Below are positions 13,801-27,042 of a stretch of DNA of 64,000 nucleotides, piece after piece. The stretch comes from Mustelus asterias (lineage: Eukaryota). The stretch covers positions 12,276,001-12,340,000 of the forward strand of contig NC_135830.1 in the NCBI RefSeq assembly GCF_964213995.1, in the 5' to 3' direction. The position numbers and the translations under genes were made by a program. Position 1 is the first letter of the stretch, and each line of letters starts with the position of its first letter. Under the pieces are notes generated by a model. The model was given only the letters and a program-made list of their open reading frames with translations, did not search any database and was not told where the DNA came from.

Positions 13801-14760
13801 ACACCAACACTGCACACAATACTCCAGTTGTGGGCTCACCAACGCCCTGTAAAATTGCAGTAAAATATCCCTATCCTTATACTCAAATCCTGTCGTTATG
13901 AAGGCCAGCATACCACTTGCCTTCTTTACCGCCTGCTGAACCTGTGGTGCTTTCTTTCAGCGCCAATACACATGGATGCCAAGCTGTCGCTGAATATTCA
14001 CCGCTCAATTTATTCAAATAATAATCTGCCGTCCTATTGTTGCCTCCGAAGTGGATGATCTCGCATTTGCCCACATTATACTGCATCTTCGATGCATATG
14101 TCCATTCACTCTGCCTGTTTAAATCAGGCTGAAGCATCGCTGCATCCTTCTCAGAGCTCACCCTCTCACCTAACTTTGCGTCACCTGCAAATTGGAGAAA
14201 ACACATTTAGTTCCCTCTTTGAAATCAATTATACACAATAAGAACAGTTGGGCTCCTAGCGTGGATCCCTGCGGTACCCCACTGGTCACTACCAGCCAAT
14301 TGGAAAAACACTCATTTCTGCCAACTCTTTGCTTCCTATCTGCTAAGCAGCTTTCTATCCAGCTCAATACACTATCCATGCCACTTTTATGGTCGTACGC
14401 TATATGAGACCTTGCCGAAAGCATTTTAAAGTCTAAATAACCCATACCCACCAGTTTTCCTTGGTCACCTCTACTAGTTACATTCTCACACAATTCCAAT
14501 AGATTTGCCAAGCATGATTTCCCCTTTGCAAATCCATGTTGACTTCGTCTGATTTTACCACTGCCTTCCAAATGCTGAGTTCTGAAATCCTTAATAATTG
14601 ATTCGAGCAATTTCCTAGTTCTAATGTTCGGCTCTTTGCCTTATGGTTCACCCTATTTCTCTCTACCTCCCTTTTTGAATGGCGGGCGTATATTAGCTAC
14701 CCTCCAATCTGTGGCGACCAGTTTAGAGTCTAAATATTTTTTCGAAAATGCCCACAAATG
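10810..14760 (-). mobile_element. Old CR1 LINE (3' end 10810-11153, body 13634-14760) interrupted by a younger CR1
   Basis: Degenerate RT motifs in ORFs 13883-14206 and 14170-14610. The 3' region continues on the far side of the insert. Confidence 0.8.
11154..13633 (-). mobile_element. Young 5'-truncated CR1 LINE with open 781-aa ORF2 fragment (EN C-terminus + RT)
   Basis: ORF 11253-13598 carries SDHN, QGSVLGP and FADD. The tail reads (AAGAACAT)n on the plus strand. Confidence 0.95.
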
Positions 14761-14984
14761 GATCAACTATTTGTTATGTTTCCCGCCTTCTTACTTTCAC
14801 ACTCTATTTTTTCCCTTCCGAATCAATTCCTGGGTCCTTTTGTGCTGAATTGAAACTGCTCCAAATTCTCAGGTCGATGGATTTATTTACCAATTTGTAT
14901 GTTTCTTCTTCCCTTGTACGCGATGGCTTGGCCACAGTTCCCTTACCAGTCTTCCACATCCGCTGTGCTAATATCTTTCTTCAA

Positions 14985-15305
14985 TATCACATAGGATCCC
15001 TACAGTGCAGAAGGAGGCCACTCGGATTATTGAGTCTGCACCGACCACAATCCCGGCCCTATTTCCGTAACCCAAATTATTTATCCTGTCAATCCCCTGA
15101 CACGAGGGTCAATTTCGGATGGCCAATCAAGCTAACCCACACATCTTTGGACTGTGGGAGGAAACCGAGGCACCCGGAGGAAACCCAAGCAGACACGGGA
15201 AGAATGTGCCAACTCCACACAGGCAGTGATCCGAGTTCGGAATTGTACCCGGGACCCTGCCATTGAGGCAGCAGTGCTAACCACTCTGCCACCGTGCCGC
15301 CCCGC
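14985..15305 (-). mobile_element. HE1-like V-SINE
   Basis: Reverse complement GGCACGGTGGCAGAGTGGTTAGCACTGCTGCC plus the V-domain. Confidence 0.85.
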
Positions 15306-15571
15306 TTTAAGAAACAATGTACTCCATTTTTTTGCTTTCTGTCTGTCCTTCCTAAACATCGAATGGCCCTCAATGTTTAGTTCCCATCCTTGCTAACCTT
15401 GGAGCCATGTCACCATAATGCCAAGTATATCATACATTTCTTTTTTTCAAATGTTCACACACACACACAATGCGAGACCAACACACGCACACACACACAC
15501 ATTCAGAAAAACACACTGAGACAAGCAGACACAAGCAAACTCGCAAACGTACACACACAAACAGACAAATG

Positions 15572-15915
15572 GGCGGCACCGTAGCGTAGTGGTTAGCACT
15601 GCTGCTTCACAGCTCCAGGGACCTGGGTTCGATTCCCAGCTTGGGTCACTGTCTGTGTGGAGTTTGCACATTCTCCTTGTATCTGCGTGGGTTCCCTCCG
15701 GGTGCTCCGGTTTCCTCCCACAGTCCAAAGATATGCGGGTTAGGTTAATTGGCCATGCTAAAAATTGCCCCTTAGTGTCCTGAGATGCGTAGATTAGAGG
15801 GATTAGCGGGTAAAATATGTAGGGATGTGGGGGTAGGGCCTGGGTGGGATTGTGTTCGGTGCAGACTCGATGGGCCGAATGGCCTCTTTCTGTACTGAAG
15901 GGTTTCTATGATTTC
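15572..15915 (+). mobile_element. HE1-like V-SINE inserted in a CA-rich tract
   Basis: GGCACCGTAGCGTAGTGGTTAGCACTGCTGC..GGGTTCGATTCCC..V-domain..TTCTATGATTTCTA tail. Confidence 0.9.
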
Positions 15916-15919
15916 TAGG

Positions 15920-16965
15920 AAACAGTCACGAGCACACACACACAGAAACACACACACAGGATCTCACAAAAATCGATACAGGCAAACTCGCACACACAGG
16001 CCCATACACAGATATACTCGCTCAGACAAACACACGCACGCACCCACAGGCACACACATACTTTCTCTCTCTTTCAGACACACAGACACGCTGTCAGACA
16101 AATACATGCACACACACACACAGACACAAACACACACACGCATTTAGAAAAGTACAGAAAACATACACGCAAACACACAGGCAAATGCAGGCACACTTAT
16201 TTCTGAGACGAACAGACACAGGAAAACTCGCAAACACAGAGAAACGCTCAGAAAAACACAGGCACACACACACTCACAGACAAAGATACAATCACAAGAA
16301 CACACTCAGACAAACACACACAAGCAAACTCTTGCACACAGCCATATACAGAGACAAATTCAGACAAAGAAAACATACACTCTCAGACATGCATGCACAC
16401 ACACAGTCACACTCGCTGGCAAATATACACACACAGACCCACACACAGCTGTACTATCAAACGAACACACAGGCACACACATACAAATTCACTCTGACGC
16501 AAACACACAGATACACACAATCTCTCAGACAAAACACACACACTTAGAGACAAACACATAAGCACTCAGTCAAACACTCAGGCATACATACAATCACAGA
16601 AAAACACGTAGGCACCAACACACACACACAAACACCCAGGCAAACCAAGTCACGCACACAGAAACACACGCACACAGTCCAACATAGGCACACATATGAT
16701 CTCAGTCAAGCAACATAGGCAAGGTTGTAAACTCACAGACACGCACTTTCAGCATAATACACACACATACACACACATGAACAGACAATCAAACAGACAC
16801 AAGCACACACCCACACACACACACACACACACGGACTCAGGCAAAAACAGTCACACAATCTCAGAGAAATAGACACAAGCAAAGTCGCACATACGGACAC
16901 ATACTAATAAATACTCAGACAAAAGCAAACATACACACACTCTCAGATAAACACAGAGACTAACC
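15920..16965. repeat. CA/CAGA-rich low-complexity tract
   Basis: Degenerate (CA)n; also continues at 15455-15570 and 17400-17490. Confidence 0.9.
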
Positions 16966-17829
16966 AAAAAAAATCAGGATGGCGTCGGACCATAGCGACT
17001 TATTGCATGCTGTGCCCCGCATCTCTCTGATGTTATCTTTTACTCTCGGTCTTTGCTTCTAAAACTCTATTCTAATTCTTTTGAAATCTATAACAATGTT
17101 TCAATTAAATTGATCTTTCTCTACACCCTAGCTATGACTGTAACATTACATTCTGCAATCTCTCATTTCCTTCTCTATGTGCGTGTAATGCCGTGTTTGT
17201 GAAACCTACCTTTCCACTCACGTAATGAAGGAGCAGCGCTCCGAAAGCTCGTGATTCCAAATAAACCTTAACCTGGCGTTTTGGGCCTTCTTACTGTTCT
17301 CTATGTGCGGTATGCTTTGTTTGTATAGCGCGCAAGAAACAATACTTTTCACTGTATACTAATACACATGACAATAATAAATCAAATACAACAAAATCAA
17401 AAACATATACTCTCAGAAGAACACACAGAGACACACACACACAGACATACACACTATTACGGACAGTCTCACAAACACAGAGACAGAGACCATAAAGTGT
17501 TGAGGTCAATTTCAGTTTACTCAACCTGCTGGGTAACGGAAGCAAACTTAAAACCAGTGTGTGGGTTTAATTGTGTAATGAGCTAATGTATAAATGTTTC
17601 ACCATAGCCCAGGGTGGGGTTGTAGTTGATCATTTATCTGCTGTCTGTACCCCTGAACAAATGTCAAATTGGAGAGGTTATCAAGTTTGTATTATAATGT
17701 AATGATGTGAAACATGTGGGAGAAGAATTGGTGTGATAAAGGGTGGAAAACAAACTGGGGGATGAGACTGAAGCTGCTGTGCAGACTGAATAGTTCTTGT
17801 TGTGTGAATGGAGGGACACATGTCGGGAC

Positions 17830-17910
17830 GGATGGAGGGAGGAAGGGATGGACGGATGGATGGACCGATGGACCGATCGAGGGAGGGAGCAATGGATGGA
17901 GGGATGGATG
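17830..17910. repeat. (GGAT/GGAC)n microsatellite
   Basis: Directly visible tetranucleotide repeats. Confidence 0.8.
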
Positions 17911-18364
17911 GGGGTGAATCTGAGAAGCTGAAGATTAAATTTAAGAGGTTCCCAGTGTCACTGAACAACTGACCTGGGTGTAGCCATTGGGCAGAGACTA
18001 TGCTTGCTGCTCTTTCCCCTCCTGGCGCCAGGGGTCACTGGGACACTCCCTGCAGCTGCTGCTGCTGCTCATCACAATGTCACATCTTGGCCGTACCCTG
18101 GACCAGCTGCAGCTCTTTGGCGGAACATCAGGAGCCAGTGGTGGGGAAGGACTGGCCGTCCTATTTCAGTGACGCCACCACCAGCCCCGACACCCGCCGT
18201 TTATTTTAAGAAAAAAAACGACTGTTCAGAAATGGAGAAAGTGACTGAAATTCTGAACCAGACAGGCCACCGGGAGGTGATTTATATGTAAATAAAAATA
18301 CAATTATTAATTTAATATGAAAGATGCCGAAGGCGAAACTGCACATGCGCCGTATGTTCTCTGC

Positions 18365-18790
18365 GGGAAGATGGATACAGAACAGGTTTAGCCATAGAAG
18401 ACAGAGGGTAGCGGTAGAGGGGTGATTTTCTGACTGGAAGGCTGTGACTAGCCATGATCCACAGGGATTAGTTCCGGAACCTTTGCTGTTCGTAGTATAT
18501 GTAAATGATTTGGAGGAAAATGTAGCTGGTATAATTGTAAGTTCACAGACGACACACAAATGTGTGGAGTTGCGGAGAGTGAAGAGGATTGTCAGAGGAT
18601 ACAGCTACAGCAAAAGATAAACCGGTTGGAGACTTGGGCGGAAAAATGGCAGATGGAGTTTAATCTGGACAAGTGTGAGATAATGCATTTTGGAAGGTCC
18701 AATGCATGTCGGGATTATATAGGAAAGGTAGAACCCTTAGGCGTATTGATAAGCAGAGAGATCTCGACGTACATATCCACCGATCACTGA
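18365..18790 (+). mobile_element. CR1 RT fragment (old)
   Basis: Translation contains RLETWAEKWQMEFNLDKCEIMHFGRSN. Confidence 0.8.
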
Positions 18791-19439
18791 TAACATCAAA
18801 GGATAGCGGCTGAATGACAGAATCTCCAAGGTTCAAACCCGAAAAAAAGAAATAAGACGGTAGTGGGTTTAAATTTGTGATTCAAACCATGCTTGCGAAC
18901 AGAGAGAAAATGTGCGACATGTTTTGTCCACAATTCCCAGTCTGGTGAGGTGACTGCGAGTAAATGGAAGAACACTGAACTGGGATATAATTAATGTCCT
19001 TATCGGGGCAAGGTGTCCTTTGGTGTTATTCACATCAGAAGAAAATCCTGATCTAGTTATGGTAAGGCCGTAAAAGGTATCAGGAAACAACAAAGCTCTA
19101 AAATTACGCTCGAAATGACAGTGGCATTGTGGGGAAATTCAGTAATATTCGCAAAAAAGCATTCACACAAGCACGCTGTGTACCGACTGTGATCAAATGG
19201 ACCGAGAAACGGAAAGGGGAGATGGGAAAGGGCTGGCCAATAATTGATACAGACTAGGAAATAACACCAAAGACAAAATGTCAGCTGACGCACCACGAAC
19301 TCACTTTGGTGAGTGCCTTCGCTCGGAATTATAATACATTTCTGTTACTCTCGCTTATTATTCCTGTTTTTCGGGTGAGCGCGCCCTCTGCTGATCACTA
19401 ACTGGAACTATCAGTGCGGTGCTTTTGTCTGGGATCCGC

Positions 19440-19697
19440 TCTTTCTCTGCAGCAGAAACACAATCGGAGAGAAGCGTCCTGGTGACATTTGAGGAACAGT
19501 GTTCCTTTGTACAAAGTAGGCAATATTTTTCCACATCCTCCGAGCTATAAATCCTCATTAAATATCTCGGAGTTTCGCTGGGATACAGGAACAGAGTAGA
19601 GAGAGTAGCTGTCGAGTATTTACAATCCAGCATTATGCTCTGTGCTTGGAGAACCCTTAATTCAGATTGATCATTGGACACAGAATCATCACTATTT
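19440..19697 (-). pseudogene. Degenerate TCR V pseudogene
   Basis: Acceptor TTGTTGCAG, then DDSVSNDQSELRVLQAQSIMLDCKYST (FR1 with Cys), LYPSETPRYLMRIYS (FR2-like, WYR lost) and LLSD..FC (FR3 remnant). No clear RSS. Confidence 0.5.
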
Positions 19698-20782
19698 CTG
19701 CAACAAAACACAGAATGTATCAAATATCTGGGAGTGAAAATAACACTTGGAACAAATATTCCCCATTTTTTAGTTCGTTTATGTCTGTTTTGCTGCAGCT
19801 GTTTCTCTGATTGTATCTTCCTCTAAATCTATTCCTGATTCATTCATTTATATCACCGGTTCTTGCTCTGCTTAACTCCAGGTCTCGCCTCCAATTCCAA
19901 TTATTCAATCCCTCTTGTTTTCTTCCCATATTTCCACCTACATTTCTCCCTTGTCTCTCCCTTACAGGTTTCAATAACAGATATCCCGCATAATGGACCA
20001 TCAGCTGGTGCTCAGGTCCATCGTAATATTTTGATACTTTGAAAAAATTCCAGTAGTCAATTTACATTCCACTCCATGGAAGTACTCCAGAATGTGATGC
20101 ATGTTGCTGTTGTTAGGAGTGAGATTAATCAACAACTTGCAGCCAATGCACATAGTACAAATCATGTATATCCAACGCCCAGCATATCGACAGACATATC
20201 AAACACTCCCGCATTAATGTCAAATATTAATTTCCACACCAAATGCCGTTATTAGTCATTTCCTTGGATATAATGAAACACAGGAGGAATTGCAACATTA
20301 AACCGACGGGTATGTTCTCGGTGCCAATATGAAATAATGGATGTCTATGTGTACATATGATAGGGGAGATCTGAAATAAAAACAGAAAATTGCTGGAAAG
20401 ACTCTGTGGAGAGAGAAACTGAGCTAAGCTTTTGCGACTTTGAAACTCCGAGTTGGCTGAGCGAAGGAGATAATTCTGCCTTTTACTGAAAAGGATATAT
20501 GAAAATTCTGTCCCAAGGCAACTAATCGTAAACCACACATCAGTGTTGCATTTCTACTTTGTCCTCGGTGACGACATGAAAGATATTTACCATGGAAGTA
20601 ATATATACGATTACTTATTCCATTAAACCTCCATTGACGTCATTCTCCTTTAATATTCTGGATCGAGAGAATGCAGAAACCAGGAAACGGCAATTAGTGG
20701 AATTGCAGCTTCCCGTTTTGATTTTAAGCGAGCAATTTTTGAAGGAGAGTGTTGACCATAAAAAACAACTTTCGTTTGCATG

Positions 20783-21101
20783 GACAATTATCGGTGGAGT
20801 GTCTGCGATCTCTCAATCACAGCAGATATTAACACAAGAGTGACAATCGATTGAAATCCAATGAAATACAATCATCTGATGCCCTGGGAGCATCCGCTCG
20901 TTCAGCATGCAACAGAACCGTGGCCTGAAATTTGTCATTTCATCTGTTAGCAGAAACGCCACAGACTCTTCAAACTCTTCATTCACTCAACAAGACCTTT
21001 GACCAGTCCTAATGGAGACAGCACATCGGTATCAGGCGCTGGGGTGTGTTACTGTGTCAGTGAGTCACTGAGACACAAAACCCGAACGTAGCAGATAAAC
21101 T
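20783..21101 (+). pseudogene. Degenerate TCR V pseudogene with remnant RSS
   Basis: GGVSAISQSQQILTQE*QSIEIQ* (FR1, stops at the Gly/Cys positions) and SGAGVCYCVSE at the end, followed by CACTGAG (21066-21072), 20 nt, AGATAAACT. Confidence 0.6.
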
Positions 21102-21117
21102 ATCCATTTATATCCCG

Positions 21118-21470
21118 AGGTGATGAGAAGCTTTTTTTATTGGTCGAGGTTCATCCTAAGCAACTCCGTGATGAAGGACTCTGTGCTCTACGAGCTGTTC
21201 CCAGGGACAAACGGAGACAAGCACCAATTGCTGTTGGAGAATTTTCAACTCGGTAAAATACACGATTTGCCTTCCCGAAACGAGTTGATCTTCATGTGCA
21301 AAGAATTGTCCTCGATCGAGTGTTGCAGACAACACATTCCAGGGCACAGGACTACCGATTGAGGGACGCACTAAACCTTGGGGCAGTTGCTGCAAAGGCG
21401 CAATGGGGAAAACGGCGACCTTTCGGCCATTGTGATCTGAGGGGAGCAGAACTCTATATGAACGCCCCAT
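21118..21470 (+). mobile_element. L1/Tx1-like LINE ORF2 3' fragment
   Basis: Translation HSRAQDYRLRDALNLGAVAAKAQWGK resembles the C-terminus of vertebrate Tx1-type ORF2 (from recall). Confidence 0.45.
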
Positions 21471-21851
21471 GCTGTTGGACTCACATTGAATGAATGCAGT
21501 GAATATTACACCTCTCGCAATTCTACTGAAGCACCTGAGAGTGTAACTTGTTCAATGTAGACAACCTAAATGACATCGCCCTTCCTGTATTGACGATCTT
21601 GAAAGATGTATTACGTTCCATTGATTGCACTGAAGCTCTTCAATGTGCAACATTATCTTTGCAGAAAACTTCAGTATCACTGCACTTTCTGAAATGACCA
21701 TTTTGCAACGTTCTGTAATGTTTCATTGAATGCGTTGAAGCGCGTCAGAGTGCAAAATTATCTGTGTCCGAAACATAGAACATAGAACATTACAGCACAG
21801 AACAGGCCCTTCGGCCCACGATGTTGTGCCGACCTTCATCTGAAACCAAGA

Positions 21852-24769
21852 TCAAGCTATCCCACTCCCTACCATCCTGGTGTGCTCCATGTGCCTATCC
21901 AATAACCGCTTAAATGTTCCTAAAGTGTCTGACTCCACTATCACTGCAGGCAGTCCATTCCACACCCCAACCACTCTCTGCGTGAAGAACCTACCTCTGA
22001 TATCCTTCCTATATCTCCCACCATGAACCCTATAGTTATGCCCCCTTGTAATAGTTCCATCCACCCGAGGAAATAGTCTTTGAACGTTCACTCGATCTAT
22101 CCCCTTCATCATTTTATAAACCTCTATTAAGTCTCCCCTCAATCTCCTCCGCTCCAGAGAGAACAGCCCCAGCTCCCTCAACCTTTCCTCATAAGACCGA
22201 CGCTCCAAACCAGGCAGCATCCTGGTAAATCTCCTCTGCACTCTTTCCAGCGCTTCCACATCCTTCTTATAGTGAGGTGACCAGAACTGCACGCAATATT
22301 CCAAATGCGGTCTCACCAAGGTCCTGTACAGTTGCAGCATAACCCCACGGCTCTTAAACTCCAACCCCCTGTTAATAAAAGCTAACACACTATATGCCTT
22401 CTTCACAGCTCTATCCACTTGAGTGGCAACCTTTAGAGATCTGTGGATATGGACCCCAAGATCTCTCTGTTCCTCCACAGTCTTCAGAACCCTACCTTTG
22501 ACCCTGTAATCCACATTTAAATTAGTCCTACCAAAATGAATCACCTCACATTTATCAGGGTTAAACTCCATTTGCCATTTTTCAGCCCAGCTTTGCATCC
22601 TATCTATGTCTCTTTGCAGCCTACAACAGCCCTCCACCTCATCCACTACTCCACCAATCTTGGTGTCATCAGCAAATTTACTGATCCACCCTTCAGCCCC
22701 CTCCTCTAAGTCATTAATAAAAATCACAAAGAGCAGAGGACCAAGCACCGATCCCTGCGGCACTCCTCTAGCAACCTGCCTCCAGTCCGAAAATTTTCCA
22801 TCCACCACCACCCTCTGTCTTCGATCAGATAGCCAGTTACCTATCCAATCGGCCAACTTTCCCTCTATCCCACACCTCCTTACTTTCATCATAAGCCGAC
22901 CATGGGGGACCTTATCAAACGCCTTACTAAAATCCATGTATATGACATCAACCGCCCTACCTTCATCAACACACCTAGTTACCTCCTCAAAAAATTCTAT
23001 CAAATTTGTGAGGCACGATTTGCCCTTCACAAATCCGTGCTGACTATCCCGGATTAATCCGCATCTTTCTAAATGGTCGTAAATCCCATCCCTAAGGACC
23101 TTTTCCATCAATTTACCAACCACCGAAGTCAGACTAACCGGTCTATAATTACCAGGGTCATTTCTATTCCCTTTCTTAAACAGAGGAACAACATTTGCCA
23201 CTCTCCAGTCCTCTGGCACCATCCCCGTGGACAGCGAGGACCCAAAGATCAAAGCCAAAGGCTCTGCAATCTCATCCCTCGCCTCCCAAAGAATCCTAGG
23301 ATACATTTCATCAGGCCCAGGGGACTTATCGACCTTCAGTTTATTCAAAACTGCCAAGACATCCTCCCTCCGAACATCTATTTCCTCCAGCCTATTAGCC
23401 TGTAACACCTTCTCTTCCTGAAAAACATGGCCCCTCTCCTTGGTGAACACTGAAGAAAAGTATTCATTCATCACCTCGTCTATCTCTACTGATTCCATAC
23501 ACAAGTTCCCACCACTGTCCTTGACCGGCCCTAACCTCGCCCTGGTCATTCTTTTATTCCTCACATAAGAGTAAAAAGCCTTGGGGTTTTCCTTGATCCG
23601 ACCCGCCAAGGACTTCTCATGTCCCCTCCTAGCTCTCCTGAGCCCCTTTTTCAGCTCATTCCTTGCTAACTTGTAACCCTCAATCGAGCCATCTGAACCT
23701 TGTTTCCTCATCCCTACATAAGCTTCCCTCTTCCTTTTCACAAGACATTCCACCTCTTTTGTGAACCACGGTTCCCTCACTCGGCCATTTCCTCCCTGCC
23801 TGACAGGGACATACCTATCAAGGACACCCAGTATTTGTTCCTTGAAAAAGTTCCACTTTTCATCAGTGCCTTTCCCTGACAGTTTCTGTTCCCATCTTAT
23901 GCCCCCTAATTCTTGCCTAATCGCATCATAATTACCTCTCCCCCAATTGTAAGCCTTGCCCTGCCGTCCGGCCCTATCCCTCTCCATTGCAATAACAAAA
24001 GACACCGAATTGTGGTCACTATCTCCAAAGTTCTCTCCCACAACCAAATCTAACACTTGGCCTGGTTCATTTCCCAGTACCAAATCCAATGTGGCCTCAC
24101 CCCTTGTCGGCCTATCCACATATTGTGTCAGGAAACCCTCCTGCACACACTGCACAAAAAGTGCCCCATCCAAACTATTCGACCTACAAAGGTTCCAATC
24201 AATATTTGGAAAGTTAAAGTCCCCCATGACAACTACCCTGTGACCCCCACACGTATCCATAATCTGCTTTGCAATTTCTTCCTCCACATCTCTATTACTA
24301 TTTGGGGGCCTATAGTAAACTCCTAGCAATGTGACCGCTCCTTTCCTGTTTCTAACTGCAGCCCATATTACCTCAGTGTGCATATTCCCCTCAAAGTGCT
24401 TTTCCGCAGCCGTTAAACTATCCTTGATTAACAATGCTACTCCTCCACCTCTTTTACCAGCTTCCCTACACTTACTGAAACATCTATACCCCGGAACGTC
24501 CAACAACCATTCCTGTCCTTGTTCTACCCACGTCTCCGTAATGGCCACAACATCGTAGTCCCAAGTAGCAATCCACGCCCCAAGTTCATCCACCTTGTTC
24601 CGGATGCTCCTTGCATTGAAGTAGACACACTTCAACCCATCTTCCTGTCTACCTGTACCCACCCTTGACCTTGATACCTTCCCCAATATCTCACCACCCT
24701 CAACACTGACTTCCGGACTACAACTCCTTTTCCCACTCCCCTGACAAATTAGTGTCAATCCCCCTGAAG
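21852..24769 (-). CDS. CR1 ORF2p: APE endonuclease + reverse transcriptase (no AUG before the first EN motif)
   Basis: Uninterrupted frame with CVYFNARS, AITETW, GDFNFP, SDHN, GVPQGSVLGP and FADD. It lies in the -1 frame relative to ORF1; the start is approximate. Confidence 0.93.
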
Positions 24770-25675
24770 AGCCGTAGCAAATTTCCCTCCCAGGATATTG
24801 GTGCCCCTCTGGTTCAGGTGCACCCCGTCCTGTTTGTAGAGGTCCCACCTTCCCCAGAACGTGTTCCAATTATCCACGTATCTGAAACCCTCCCTCCTGC
24901 ACCATCCCTGCAACCACATGTTTAAGTGCACTCTCTCCCTGTTCCTCAACTCGCTATCACGTGGCACCGGTAGCGTACCAGAGATGACCACATGTTTTGT
25001 CTTTGCTCTCAGCTTCCAGCCCAGCTCCCGAAATTCCTGTTTTAAATCCCCGTCCCTTCTCTTACCTATGTCGTTGGTACCAATGTGTACCACGACTTGT
25101 GACTGTTTCCCCTCCCCCTTAAGAATCCGGAAAACACGGTCCGAGACGTCACGGACCCTGGCATCCGCTAGGCAACAAACCATCCTCGAGTCTCTTTTGC
25201 TGCCACAGAACCTCCTATCTATCCCTCTAACTAATGAGTCCCCAATAACTATTGCCCTCCCGCTCTCCTCCTTACCCTCCTGAGCCACAGGGACGGACTC
25301 AGTGCTGGAGATCCTCTCACTGCGGCTCACCACTGGTATGTCGTCCCCCTCAACCGTATCCAAAGCGGAATACTTGTTGCTAAGGGGAACGACCACAGGG
25401 GATCCCTGCACCGACTGCTTCTTCCCAGCCCCTCTCACCGTCACCGATCTATTTTCATTCCTCGGAGTAACTGTATCCCTGAAGCTTCTGTCTATGGCCA
25501 TCTCTGCATCCCTAATGATCCTAAGTTCCTCCAACTCCAGCTCCAGTTCCCTTACACGGTTTTGGAGGAGCTGCAGATGGATGCACTTCTCACAGGTATA
25601 ATCAGCAGGGACACTGACGTCGTCCCTCACCTCGAACATAGTGCAAGAGGAACATTGCACTGCCTTCACACCCAT
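24755..25675 (-). CDS. CR1 ORF1p: Cys zinc finger, leucine-zipper coiled coil, SGNH/GDSL esterase-like domain
   Basis: CSSC..CEKC; LQLLQNRVRELELELEEL; IVIGDSLVRG; VVHIGTND; DGVHLN. Confidence 0.9.
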   Translation of the reverse strand: MGVKAVQCSSCTMFEVRDDVSVPADYTCEKCIHLQLLQNRVRELELELEELRIIRDAEMAIDRSFRDTVTPRNENRSVTVRGAGKKQSVQGSPVVVPLSNKYSALDTVEGDDIPVVSRSERISSTESVPVAQEGKEESGRAIVIGDSLVRGIDRRFCGSKRDSRMVCCLADARVRDVSDRVFRILKGEGKQSQVVVHIGTNDIGKRRDGDLKQEFRELGWKLRAKTKHVVISGTLPVPRDSELRNRERVHLNMWLQGWCRREGFRYVDNWNTFWGRWDLYKQDGVHLNQRGTNILGGKFATALQGD

Positions 25676-26758
25676 CCCCTCTCGATACCTTGCCAGTACC
25701 AGGTAGAAACAGCAAAAAATGAATTAACTCACCCCTGCTTGCCCAAGCCCTGTGAGCCAAAGCCCTACAGCTTTCACTCTGCCTCCTGCTCACTCTGCTG
25801 CCCGCTAACGACGCTGCCCGCTCAAAAGTGTGGCCTACTTTTAAACCCTCCAAAAACCTTCCCAGACTCCTGCTGGGCCCACTTCCTGTTTTAAAAAAAA
25901 CCTCCGATTTCTTTACACAAATTTAACTTAAAATAAATAAATAAATGTAGTGAACAAACCAACTGCCTTCTCCTCAGCCTGGTCCTGTGGAACAATGAGG
26001 GTTCATATAATAGATGAGGAGGAATTATTTCCATGGTCAACAGGTACGAGAGGATACTAATTAAAGATAACTAGTAAATAGAAATGCTGGGGAAATATAT
26101 GGTTATGTTCAAAGCGTGTCTTTATGATCTTCAAAACGCTGCCTCAGGGATTAGTGGAAACACATACAGTAATAAATGGCTGGTTTCCGATTTGAAATGG
26201 ACAAATGTGCAAGTCCATGGACATAGAATATGTAACTGGTCTGAAGGGACAGCTCTTGCAGACTAGAAGTACAAGCAACTTGGCCGAATGACTTCCTTCT
26301 GTGTCGATTTATCCAGTGATTCCATAAATCATATCCAATCCTAACTCCGGCATAAACAATCGTTCCTGTAGCTATCTCTCGTCCAAAATCCTACAAGCAT
26401 CCCCATAATAACAGCATGGGAGCACATTCAACATTTACACTGGTGTGCTTCAGGAAGACGATTCTCACAATTTGTTTATGTGACGTTAATTATGGACAAT
26501 AAATGATAGTCTTCCTATAGTCGCCGAAAGAGAAAAAATAAAACAAGCAACAAAAAGAATAAAAAGGTGCCTCATTCACGTTTTCCTTTTGGATTTGTGT
26601 TTTGTTCGACCTCCCATTTCTCCTCTATTTCTGGCCTGCTTCGTCTCTGCCAGTTTCTCTCATTCACCATTTTCGTTTCTTTGCATCTCTCATCAAGTTC
26701 AATGGCAGCTTTCATGTCCGAATGTTATATGTTCCGAACAAGTGGCGTGAGGAGAGAT

Positions 26759-26811
26759 GGGGCGGGGCTAAATTCCAAACACAGGCCCTGTCCAGAACAG
26801 TGACATGGTCA
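26759..26811 (+). promoter_or_regulatory. Putative V promoter elements (GC box; CRE/decamer-like AGTGACATGGTCA)
   Basis: GGGGCGGGGC and AGTGACATGGTCA lie about 230-280 nt upstream of the leader ATG. The paralog has AGTGACGCAGTCA at 55302-55314 (minus). Confidence 0.4.
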
Positions 26812-27042
26812 GATGGTGTAACAGGAACGAGAAAAACTATATCTGACCACTCAGACTCTTGTTAACAAGCTGCTACCCAGTTATCGCATTGCTACTTTAT
26901 ATTGGAAAATAATTTCACGAGACTCTTTCTCGCCTTCTGTTTCACCTTTCTGAACAACAGTCGCTTAATTTAAAGGATTACAATAGTAAATATATCCATA
27001 TCTCCACACATGCAATTCAAAGACATCACCGGCCACGAAATA

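Larger units (their letters stand above)
21772..25960 (-). mobile_element. Near full-length CR1 LINE with both ORFs open
   Basis: 5'UTR about 25676-25960; ORF1 24755-25675; ORF2 down to 21852; tail (AACATAG)n on the plus strand. The 5' boundary is approximate. Confidence 0.95.

Noticed and set aside
15572-15650. tRNA-like A/B boxes (also in the other SINE heads)
   Set aside because: These are tRNA-derived SINE heads, not tRNA genes.
22606-25601. Numerous antisense ORFs over the CR1 elements
   Set aside because: Shadow frames of LINE coding sequence, repeated only because the LINEs are repeated.
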